Positions 1 through 7,411 of a stretch of 41,176 nt of DNA are shown here, one piece after another; position 1 is the stretch's first letter; each line of letters opens with the position of its first letter. Below the pieces are notes generated by a model, which was not told where the DNA came from, ran no database searches, and saw nothing but the letters and a program-made list of their open reading frames with translations. The translations under genes were made by a program, and so were the position numbers. Source of the DNA: a virus (lineage: Duplodnaviria; Caudoviricetes); the IMG/VR virus record IMGVR_UViG_3300020045_000317, positions 1 through 41,176 of that record. The stretch is one strand, 5' to 3'.

Positions 1-127
1 CTTTAACAAATCAATGTTCAATTCAATTGGTTGTTATTTAGAAAATTCATCTTCAAACAATAACCTTTATGGAAATGAATTCTCGAAAAATCACGGATAT
101 TATGGGACAGGTTTGCAACTGGATGCC
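1..127 (+). repeat. Inverted copy of tailspike-internal segment 1348-1474 (probable chimeric contig end)
   Basis: 1-127 equals the reverse complement of 1348-1474 except one mismatch at 118; ORF 14..409 starts with the same peptide as the tailspike (MFNSIGCYLENSSSNNNLYGNEFSKNHGYYGTGLQLDA). Confidence 0.92.
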
Positions 128-494
128 TATACAGTAACACATGGCACTTATACATGCAGCCTTCCTAATAATAGACCAGTCGGTCTATCGTATCTCGGGA
201 ACGTTCCCATGAGCCGGCAGAGCCATAAGCCCTGCCAGCAACCCATGAAACTCCCCTATGCAAACGTATTGCCCACCAGCAAGGAATCGCTCTACGTGCT
301 TCCTATGCAGCCTGAATTCAGCCATAGACCTGCCAAATGTCTGATAAAGGCCCTCGGCAAGCCTGCCAGCCGTCCACGACGCAATAGGAAGCGCTGTGCT
401 GAATCCTAGAATTTGAGCATGCATTCGGTCAGCCAACCGCCCCAGCCTTTTCCAGAGGCCCTATGGGGGACACGGCGGCTAGCGGGGCGGGAGA
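128..494 (-). repeat. Probable direct terminal repeat / genome-end region
   Basis: Minus strand reads AAAATTGAGCGTACATTTCTGGGCAGT-TCTCCCGCCCCGCTAGCCGCCGTGTCCCCCATAGGGCC, resembling the TCTC...TCCCC(C)ATAGGG start of T7/SP6 terminal repeats. GC-richer, follows the last gene, has short repeats (cctgccagc 231, 362) and palindromes (171-188, 197-208). The second copy is not in the window, so the length is uncertain. Confidence 0.6.
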
Positions 495-528
495 ACTGCC
501 CAGAAATGTACGCTCAATTTTATTTCAA

Positions 529-2727
529 CTAGCTCGTTGTCATAACACCACCAGACCGCAGCTTAGCTAGAAGTGCATTGAAATCTGTCTTTAGTGTAGC
601 CACATCCGCAGCAACGCTATCCGCTTGGAGTGCAGACATACCCTTTTGATTAGTACAGTTGAATATTACCCTAGCAGTTGTTGCAGTACCAACTAACTCA
701 ATGTCTTGTATCTTATAACTGTCGCAATAGTCAAGCTCATAAGGTGCATAACCGTTTTCAGTGTGTTCTATTTCTACATTTGTCAACCTTGGCCTAGATA
801 ATAATGTACCACTAACACCACGAATAAGTAGCCCACGCTGACTGCACGCTGATTTAAGTCTTGTTCCATTAAGTGCAATTTTAGACGTTGTGTAGCTACC
901 ATGCTCAACAAGTATTGTGTTTGTTTGAGAGCCTGAGCTTATGAACTTAGACGCCCCGATAAAAGTATCTTCTGAGCCAGCGATATAGCATGTATATGTA
1001 CATACCGACCCAGACGCGTTAATGTTATTAGCATTTCCGATACTAAGGTCTTTGCTGTCTGTGCTATGCAGCATACCGAAGCCAGAGAACCTACTTGAGC
1101 TGGTTCCACCTGCAATATTACCATCAAATACATTGCCAACACCATTTATCTTATATGCTCCAGTTTGGTTATTTAGTGCTGTGTTTCCTAAAACTTGATT
1201 GTAATTGCAGGGATGCGGCAAATTATCAATCTCTGGGATAAGTTTATTAGGACCATTTCTGAGCTCTATTCCCCATGATTCTACCGCAGCAGTAGCGCCA
1301 CCGTTATCATTGCATGTGTTGTTTGTTAATCTGTTGTACGAGCAATCGGCATCCAGCTGCAAACCTGTCCCATAATATCCGTGATTTTTCGAGAATTCAT
1401 TTCCATAAAGGTTATTGTTTGAAGATGAATTTTCTAAATAACAACCAATTGAATTGAACATTGATTTGTTAAAGTGAATGGTATGATGTTTTGCGTTAAA
1501 GTTTAAATGTATACCACCTATGCCAGAGCCCTGAACGCCAAAATTAACTGCTCTCGCTTCGCCGAACTCAACAGTACAGCGTGAGTTTTTGTCATAAGAG
1601 CCTGACTCTGCTGTGAGTTCTACTCCAGTAGAATAACTCTTCGAGCTGCCGTTAGTGACTTTCCATCTTGACACTTCAACAAGATGTGCACGAACTAACC
1701 GGATTCCGTCTTTAGATCCATCTATATCAATATCATTTATTTTGTTTGGTCCGCAATCATACCCTAACACTGCATAGTTTGATTTTCTAAATTTGCCGTG
1801 CACACTATTGTATGCCCCAGTTACGCTAACGATATTCGCAACGCCAGTTGATGATACGCGCAGCCGTACACCACACGATGACAATTGGATGTTTGTAGCA
1901 GTCGTACCTGACCCTGACAATCTCACATCAATATCGCAATCATATTCGTCAATAGCTTGAATTGTGCATGATGTGGCGCTGACGGTGAAATCAAGCGGAC
2001 TATCAATCGCAATGATAGCTGGGGTTATATACTGTATGCGGCCCCATAACGTTTGTGAGTTGCTGCCTACAACCTTTACCGCTTGCCCTGTCTGAAACCC
2101 AACAATGGAATCGACAGTTACCTTTGTGAATCTATCTACAAAAGTTGCGTTTAAATCGCTACCGGCGTCTGATATAGCGGATACGTTTGCAGTAGCTAAT
2201 ACAGTTCGAGGAAACGCAAATGTGGCCTCACCATTCGTGTTTATGATGCCCCTACCGTAAAGTTTTTTAAGAGTAAGTGGAACAGTTATCGATGATGTAC
2301 GTGCGACATTCTTGTCGATTTCGACAGATTCATAGTTGTTAATAGCATCTATTAAGTCCCCCCAAGTACCCCCGTTTGGCATACGGGACAGTGTAACGTG
2401 AGACATAGGTGCAATCTGCTTACCAGAACCCTCTAACAGTTTATAACCACCTGTTTCATATAAACTATCCCGCACAGGCTGGTTTGTATTCTCAGCCCAA
2501 AGGGTCGCACCAACCCCACCAGCCATTAATGGTGTGCTATTAGGTGGTACAATATAGCCACCAGTAGGTATAGCCCCGTTCCAACAATACCAAGAACCTT
2601 CATGGAGTAACTCTTGTTTGCTACTCGTTATTGTGAACCCAGACGTAAAAGAGTAACCAAACATGCGGGTGTATGGGCTTCTCTCATAAGACTCACTCAA
2701 TAGTGCTGGTGAAACTTTCGTAGTCAT
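529..2727 (-). CDS. Tailspike / receptor-binding protein, right-handed beta-helix polysaccharide depolymerase-like
   Basis: N-terminal tailspike attachment domain (FGYSFTSGFTIT...WYCWNG...PPNSTP...W), Asn/Gly-rich beta-helix repeats (NNTCNDN, GNTALNN, GNVFDGN), C-terminal DFNALLAKLR trimer motif; terminal position as in SP6-like phages. Confidence 0.88.
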   Translation of the reverse strand: MTTKVSPALLSESYERSPYTRMFGYSFTSGFTITSSKQELLHEGSWYCWNGAIPTGGYIVPPNSTPLMAGGVGATLWAENTNQPVRDSLYETGGYKLLEGSGKQIAPMSHVTLSRMPNGGTWGDLIDAINNYESVEIDKNVARTSSITVPLTLKKLYGRGIINTNGEATFAFPRTVLATANVSAISDAGSDLNATFVDRFTKVTVDSIVGFQTGQAVKVVGSNSQTLWGRIQYITPAIIAIDSPLDFTVSATSCTIQAIDEYDCDIDVRLSGSGTTATNIQLSSCGVRLRVSSTGVANIVSVTGAYNSVHGKFRKSNYAVLGYDCGPNKINDIDIDGSKDGIRLVRAHLVEVSRWKVTNGSSKSYSTGVELTAESGSYDKNSRCTVEFGEARAVNFGVQGSGIGGIHLNFNAKHHTIHFNKSMFNSIGCYLENSSSNNNLYGNEFSKNHGYYGTGLQLDADCSYNRLTNNTCNDNGGATAAVESWGIELRNGPNKLIPEIDNLPHPCNYNQVLGNTALNNQTGAYKINGVGNVFDGNIAGGTSSSRFSGFGMLHSTDSKDLSIGNANNINASGSVCTYTCYIAGSEDTFIGASKFISSGSQTNTILVEHGSYTTSKIALNGTRLKSACSQRGLLIRGVSGTLLSRPRLTNVEIEHTENGYAPYELDYCDSYKIQDIELVGTATTARVIFNCTNQKGMSALQADSVAADVATLKTDFNALLAKLRSGGVMTTS

Positions 2728-2728
2728 A

Positions 2729-2926
2729 CTACCTCTCTAATTCTATTATATAACGGGAAAGTTTAGATGCATCTTGGTGAGAAAAGCAAACCCCGTACTC
2801 AGTCTGCTTTACGCTCAACAGCTCTGGCTTTAACGGCTTCATCTTCTGAAGACTGCAAGCCGTTAAAATGCTGGTTAAACCAACCAGCAGGGTTAGAGTC
2901 AGCAACCTTGGCCTCATCTTGGGCAC
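2729..2926 (-). CDS. Lipoprotein, probable o-spanin (Rz1-like)
   Basis: Basic N-terminus, hydrophobic stretch and lipobox LTAC; overlaps the upstream membrane-anchored gene in another frame; lies in the lysis cassette. Confidence 0.72.
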   Translation of the reverse strand: MPKMRPRLLTLTLLVGLTSILTACSLQKMKPLKPELLSVKQTEYGVCFSHQDASKLSRYIIELER

Positions 2927-3002
2927 GTTTATTCTCCTTTACCTTAGCTGAATCAACAATTAAGTTGAATAAGTTTGCAAGCATTACCAAGATTGCATAC
3001 AT
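2799..3002 (-). CDS. Probable i-spanin (Rz-like), 67 aa
   Basis: Start revised to MYAILVMLANLF (3002); N-terminal hydrophobic anchor followed by a charged helix; overlapped by the lipoprotein gene. Confidence 0.6.
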   Translation of the reverse strand: MYAILVMLANLFNLIVDSAKVKENKRAQDEAKVADSNPAGWFNQHFNGLQSSEDEAVKARAVERKAD

Positions 3003-3003
3003 A

Positions 3004-3156
3004 TTAACCGCCGAAAGCTGCAACAATAACGTTTACTACTGCATCACCTACAGCAGGGTCAACGGCAACACCATATACACCAGCTGCTGCGAGTACAGCA
3101 CCAACAATAGCAGTTACGAATTTCTTATTCTTGAGCAACAATTTAAACTTTTCCAT
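3004..3156 (-). CDS. 50-aa membrane protein, holin-like or gp19.5-like (absent from ORF track)
   Basis: Translated by hand: MEKFKLLLKNKKFVTAIVGAVLAAAGVYGVAVDPAVGDAVVNVIVAAFGG*. Start overlaps the endolysin TGA; stop sits 1 nt before the next ATG. Confidence 0.8.
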   Translation of the reverse strand: MEKFKLLLKNKKFVTAIVGAVLAAAGVYGVAVDPAVGDAVVNVIVAAFGG

Positions 3157-3716
3157 CATTTCCACCCCTTATAGGCAAGTAAATAATCATTGCTGGTAGC
3201 TTTACCAGCATAGGTATTCCATCGCTTCTTGGCATAAACTGCCATCTCATCTTCAGTGTCAGGTAGTTGCTCTGGGAACCGAAGGAAGAATGCCCTAGCC
3301 ATAGCTGTTGCATAATCCATATCCGTTACCATCTTCATTGCTGAAGGTTCACCATCTGCCATCTTAACAATTTCTTTATAGAGCTCTGGCTTGTTACCAT
3401 AAACCCACTGAAGGATAAAATCATGTGTTGAATCTTCCATTTGGTACAGACCCTTAGCCTGCCCAGTTAATTGGATAATGTACTCACCTTTGTTACTTTC
3501 ATGTGCTGCAATCATAACAAGCAGCTTTACAGCATTATCTGTGTGAAGGCCAAGCTTTTTAAGTGTTGGCTCGACTACACATGTTTGGAACTGTTTACGG
3601 TTCAATTCAACCTCCGTAGTTCTTGTGAACTGACTGCAATAGTCAAAGTGCTTTGCGATGCTATCCTCATTCCAGTAGGAAGAAAGAGCGCATAGTAAGG
3701 CAAATAGATAGTTCAT
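3156..3716 (-). CDS. Endolysin, lysozyme/transglycosylase-like fold
   Basis: IAAHES...G.AKGLYQME motif and late YAKKRWNT; sits upstream of spanin-like genes; alternative TTG start at 3605 with GGAGG. Confidence 0.75.
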   Translation of the reverse strand: MNYLFALLCALSSYWNEDSIAKHFDYCSQFTRTTEVELNRKQFQTCVVEPTLKKLGLHTDNAVKLLVMIAAHESNKGEYIIQLTGQAKGLYQMEDSTHDFILQWVYGNKPELYKEIVKMADGEPSAMKMVTDMDYATAMARAFFLRFPEQLPDTEDEMAVYAKKRWNTYAGKATSNDYLLAYKGWK

Positions 3717-3732
3717 AGTACCTCACAGTTAC

Positions 3733-3763
3733 GGCCCGACAGCATTAGGTTGCTTGTCGAGCC
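3733..3763 (-). other. Intergenic stem-loop (possible RNase III site or terminator)
   Basis: Minus strand GGCTCGACA-AGCA-ACCTAA-TGCT-GTCGGGCC pairs as an imperfect hairpin between two genes. Confidence 0.4.
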
Positions 3764-3795
3764 TACGGCTTGGATGTGCTTTACTGCGTATTAGC

Positions 3796-4065
3796 TTACG
3801 CTGGTGTTACTGACACTGCCAAGTCAGACACTTTGTACCACTTAGATGCAGGAGAAGAACCAGCAGCCTGATACATTGTTGGAACACCTGATACATCAAC
3901 TGTAATCAATGCACCGAAGCCTTTACCTGACTGAGAATAGTCATTGATAACAGAGTCGATGTCTGCCAGCTGTGCGGCTGTGCAGGTTGCCATTTTGTGC
4001 AATGTAACATTCTGTGGAGCACGTGCTACGTAATCTTTGATATCACCAATTGATGGAGTTGTCAT
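3796..4065 (-). CDS. Small probable virion (decoration-type) protein
   Basis: 89 aa, Ala/Thr/Ser-rich, TAAQLAD...IN...GK...W...VTPA pattern recalled from small late proteins of SP6-like phages; AAGGAAC RBS. Confidence 0.55.
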   Translation of the reverse strand: MTTPSIGDIKDYVARAPQNVTLHKMATCTAAQLADIDSVINDYSQSGKGFGALITVDVSGVPTMYQAAGSSPASKWYKVSDLAVSVTPA

Positions 4066-4110
4066 ATTTGTTCCTTATTAAAAGAAAGAGATAAAAGAAT
4101 AGAGTAAGGA

Positions 4111-4132
4111 GGGCTATACAGAGGTATAGCCC
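4111..4132. other. Perfect 9-bp hairpin in the post-terminase non-coding region
   Basis: GGGCTATAC-AGAG-GTATAGCCC, followed on the minus strand by a pyrimidine-rich tract. Confidence 0.7.
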
Positions 4133-4153
4133 ATCTACTGTAAATTACTGGGA

Positions 4154-4189
4154 CTTCTGGCCTTTCTAAGCATTCTAGGCTTTCTAAGT
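4154..4189. repeat. Four imperfect 9-bp tandem repeats
   Basis: cttctggcc tttctaagc attctaggc tttctaagt. Confidence 0.55.
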
Positions 4190-4249
4190 AATACTAGATA
4201 ATACTAACCTTACTTATCTTTCTTATACTTATGCTTCCTTCTGTCTCCT

Positions 4250-4267
4250 CTATTAGGCTACTTAATT
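4250..4267 (-). promoter_or_regulatory. Phage RNAP promoter (phiOR-like, packaging/right origin)
   Basis: AATTAAGTAGCCTAATAG-AGG matches the consensus; lies after terL and is followed by a purine-rich tract. Confidence 0.78.
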
Positions 4268-4279
4268 AGTTTATGCCAT

Positions 4280-4297
4280 CTATAGTGCCTATTTGCT
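4280..4297 (-). promoter_or_regulatory. Atypical promoter-like site with SP6/T7-type CACTATAG core
   Basis: AGCAAATAGGCACTATAG-ATG, 30 bp upstream of the consensus promoter. Confidence 0.35.
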
Positions 4298-4302
4298 TGA
4301 AT

Positions 4303-6171
4303 TTACCACCTACGACCTTTAGTTTGCCTTGATGAGAACCTGTTTCCAAGCCTATGGATAGAGCTACCTACGGACAATGCAACGTCAGTACCAAGGCCCA
4401 GTGTCATGTTCATCATGTACTCTTTGAAGCCATGAGTGTTGGACATAATATCATGCCACTTCTTCTGCTGTTTAATCTGCCTCTGCACGACAACTTTCAT
4501 GTTGTCATAATCCAGTGATTCAACCACCCTACGTACAGCACCAGCCAAGGCATCTAGTCTGTCATCATGACCTAAGCAGTCTTTCTGTCTAGTGATGTTA
4601 GATAACTGGTAGAACAGTGAGAACTGCGTACGCTTCTCCGCTGGGTATTGTTGGATTAACTCAACATCCCTTGTGAATAACTCTTGTCTTACAACCAGCC
4701 TATGCGTGCTCATAACAGGCTCTAGGGCATCAATCACCCTAAGCTCCTTCTGACCAACCTCATGCACTGGCTCAAGTGTGACAGGCCACTCTGTCTCGAA
4801 GTACGGTTTGATTGCAGCGATATGCGCACCATGACCATAGTTCTCTTCAATGAACACCTCTTTGCAATTAGCGTTCTTTGCCGCACTGACAAGCATTCTG
4901 AATGACTCTTCATCGTACCCACCACGTACTGCACCCATATCATACAAATACACCACAGTGCCGATTAGCTTTATTATGGCGTATGCTGTTTCGTCACCGT
5001 TGCGGCCACCGCCAGCAGGGTCGATATACATCACTGTGCGCTCAAATGGCTCCATGTCATACGGTACATTCATCGGGAAATACAGGAGATCCGACTTACG
5101 CGTACCGAAGCGTGGGGCCGCCTCCCAGACACTAGAAGGTGCGTTGCACCAAATAGGCATACAAGGGCCACGGTCACGACTGAAGTTCGCTACAATCAAA
5201 TCTGAGAGCTTCAGGGGGTACTTGTCAGAATCCGACAGACTGGTGTTCAGCATGAATTGCAGCATGAATTTAGCCTTACCCTGTGCAAGCTCTTTCTCAT
5301 TCAGCAGGTCATTATTATACATTTCAGGGCAAGTAGGCTGCCCCATAGAGCAATCCAGACCACCGCCGTGCATCAGGTCAGGGTCACGCTGCATGTCCTG
5401 TAAGAGCATTGGAGCAAGCTTATCTGAGTAGTAATCAACCTGAGCTGCATTTGGGTACCTGCCTGTCCAGATGCGTACTTTATAACCACGGCTTGGGAGC
5501 CAATTGTATATAGACTCGACTGATTGTGGTGTACCAAGATAGATAATATCACCGAACTGATTGATTGATTCAAACTCAAGTGTTTGTTCCATGAGCCAAG
5601 TTCTACCACCGACTGTTCTTGAGTTCTGTAATGACTCAATGTCGTCTGCAAGTATAAGATCAGCACGTGCACCAGCTGCCCCTGACTCTATTGAGTAGCA
5701 AGCAACTGAAGGTGACTTGTCGCTACCCCTCAATGTCCAGTGTATATCAAATGACTCAATAGAACTTCTATCACCTGCATACTGGTCTGGTCTCATGAAG
5801 TTCAGGAACTCCATGTATGTAAATATTTTAATAACCCAACCAGCTATTTCCTTGGCCCTCTTAGCATTTTGAGAAAAGACCACTATACGATAATGTGGGT
5901 GGTGTATTAGCATAAACACACAATAGATAGCAGCAACAGTAGTCTTTGCCTGACCACGTTGGGCCATTATCATCCTGTATTTATGCCCTATAAATAGGAA
6001 TGCAAGAATGTCTGCCTGTACCCTATTTAAGTCTGGGCTACCCTTGATTGTGGTGTTGATAACAACTTGAGCAAAATCCCATAACCCTTGCAGTGTATAA
6101 GGAAAAGCCGCCTGTAGTTCAGACAGCATCCTGTGTTGTTCAACTCTAGTTAGCAGGGATTCTTGGCTCAT
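4303..6171 (-). CDS. terL: Terminase large subunit
   Basis: Walker A-like AQRGQAKTT, Walker B LILADDIE, YLGTPQ, nuclease motifs YIDPAGGG.NGDET and HDDRLDAL (T7 gp19 family). Confidence 0.97.
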   Translation of the reverse strand: MSQESLLTRVEQHRMLSELQAAFPYTLQGLWDFAQVVINTTIKGSPDLNRVQADILAFLFIGHKYRMIMAQRGQAKTTVAAIYCVFMLIHHPHYRIVVFSQNAKRAKEIAGWVIKIFTYMEFLNFMRPDQYAGDRSSIESFDIHWTLRGSDKSPSVACYSIESGAAGARADLILADDIESLQNSRTVGGRTWLMEQTLEFESINQFGDIIYLGTPQSVESIYNWLPSRGYKVRIWTGRYPNAAQVDYYSDKLAPMLLQDMQRDPDLMHGGGLDCSMGQPTCPEMYNNDLLNEKELAQGKAKFMLQFMLNTSLSDSDKYPLKLSDLIVANFSRDRGPCMPIWCNAPSSVWEAAPRFGTRKSDLLYFPMNVPYDMEPFERTVMYIDPAGGGRNGDETAYAIIKLIGTVVYLYDMGAVRGGYDEESFRMLVSAAKNANCKEVFIEENYGHGAHIAAIKPYFETEWPVTLEPVHEVGQKELRVIDALEPVMSTHRLVVRQELFTRDVELIQQYPAEKRTQFSLFYQLSNITRQKDCLGHDDRLDALAGAVRRVVESLDYDNMKVVVQRQIKQQKKWHDIMSNTHGFKEYMMNMTLGLGTDVALSVGSSIHRLGNRFSSRQTKGRRW

Positions 6172-6497
6172 TGCATAGTGTCCGGGCTATCATCATAAGC
6201 TACAAAGGTAGCCTTGCCAGCCTGCTTTGCTTTAATGGCTGCAAGTTCTTTACCCAGTGCAGACTCTTCATCTGACTCTGGTGCAGCACATGTGATGTTG
6301 TTCATATCAGCAACCCACTTAGATGCAGCTTGCAATACTTTACCGTCACCAATAACTGCCTCAACATCCAAGCCTTCATCAATCATCTTTACCATAGCAC
6401 GCAGCCTTTTCAGGTACAGGTTAGTTGTCAGGTTGTGAATCTCGCCAAGCTCATCCTCTGTGGCTGCGTTCTTATTAGGTTTTCTATCTGCGGCCAT
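6168..6497 (-). CDS. terS: Terminase small subunit
   Basis: Start revised to MAADRKPN (6497; AGGAGG RBS); AATEDELGEIH motif; directly upstream of and overlapping terL. Confidence 0.82.
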   Translation of the reverse strand: MAADRKPNKNAATEDELGEIHNLTTNLYLKRLRAMVKMIDEGLDVEAVIGDGKVLQAASKWVADMNNITCAAPESDEESALGKELAAIKAKQAGKATFVAYDDSPDTMQ

Positions 6498-6693
6498 ACT
6501 TCCTCCTAAATCTTTTAACACCCCAGTAAATCGCAGGAATCCACTTGAACACAATGAAGTATGTAAGCTGAACCAAGCCATACACGATGGCGATAACAGA
6601 TACCCATTGCTCTAATGTAAACCCAAAATAAGTTACCAGAGCCGCTGCCTGCACTGGTATTGTTTTAAGTACCTCTGTGGTTGCATTCGCCAT
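6484..6693 (-). CDS. Holin
   Basis: 69 aa, hydrophobic segments (FGFTLEQWVSVIAIVYGLVQL), basic C-tail KRFRRKYGRR; between tail adaptor and terS like T7 gp17.5. Confidence 0.8.
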   Translation of the reverse strand: MANATTEVLKTIPVQAAALVTYFGFTLEQWVSVIAIVYGLVQLTYFIVFKWIPAIYWGVKRFRRKYGRR

Positions 6694-7397
6694 TATGTTG
6701 TCAACCCCAATGTTATATCAATGTGGATGCCATAGGGTAATGGTGCACTAAGTGTTACTGTACCAGAAGATACAGAATACCCATCATACTGCTTAACACC
6801 ATCCAGATACAACCACACGCTTGATGCAGTTGTTGGGGTTGTGATGGTTGTTTGTCCTTCAGTAGACACACTTTTATATGATAACAATTTTATAGGGTTA
6901 CTTGTTAGTCCAGTAAGCAATAACTCAACTGCATCTTCTAAGGGTTTAATTCTGCCAAGTTCAACAGCATCCGTCTCATCTATAGCTGAACCAAGGTTTA
7001 TGACCCTGTTACCACCCATATCCAGATTTTGCTTTTCATAAAACCCATCAGGTAGAAAACCATCAAGTGTTTGCTGAAGTAGATAAAGTTGCTGTAGAAA
7101 TGTAGAATTCAATGCCTTTGGTGAATATACATTACCCCTCTCAAAGTTTGCATATGGTGAATCAGATGGCATCTCCCTACGCAGCAGCACATCTGCACCA
7201 ACCTCTGGCGCTGCTGCTAACTGTACGAGGTGCGGTGAGCTGAATTCAATTGTTGCATCAACCTCTACATCATCAACATAGGCATGAATATCCTCTGTCC
7301 TTAAATAACCAATGTCAGCACCGGACACTGACAAAGGAAATGAGGTAGTTACCCCATCCCCTGTATGCCGGACGAATGACTGATTTGTATCTGTCAA
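6693..7397 (-). CDS. Tail fibre adaptor (T7 gp17 N-terminal anchor plus docking domain)
   Basis: GDGVTTSFPL..GYL...IHAYVD gp17-type N-terminus, LDMGGNRVINLG motif, short C-terminal beta domain; TTG start with AGGAGG. Confidence 0.85.
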   Translation of the reverse strand: MTDTNQSFVRHTGDGVTTSFPLSVSGADIGYLRTEDIHAYVDDVEVDATIEFSSPHLVQLAAAPEVGADVLLRREMPSDSPYANFERGNVYSPKALNSTFLQQLYLLQQTLDGFLPDGFYEKQNLDMGGNRVINLGSAIDETDAVELGRIKPLEDAVELLLTGLTSNPIKLLSYKSVSTEGQTTITTPTTASSVWLYLDGVKQYDGYSVSSGTVTLSAPLPYGIHIDITLGLTT

Positions 7398-7411
7398 GAT
7401 GTACCTCCTAT

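Noticed and set aside
14-409. Plus-strand 131-aa ORF as a real gene
   Set aside because: Its first 38 codons are the inverted tailspike copy and the rest runs antisense through the terminal-repeat region; all credible genes are on the minus strand.
185-436. 83-aa minus-strand ORF
   Set aside because: Lies in the predicted terminal repeat; no clear RBS or recognisable motif.
1-1474. Diversity-generating retroelement TR/VR pair
   Set aside because: Only one, synonymous, A-to-G difference; the target is mid-gene; no reverse transcriptase is encoded.
3744-3753. Plus-strand ATTAGGTTGC as an antisense phage promoter
   Set aside because: Matches only the upstream half; the CTAATAG initiation region is absent.
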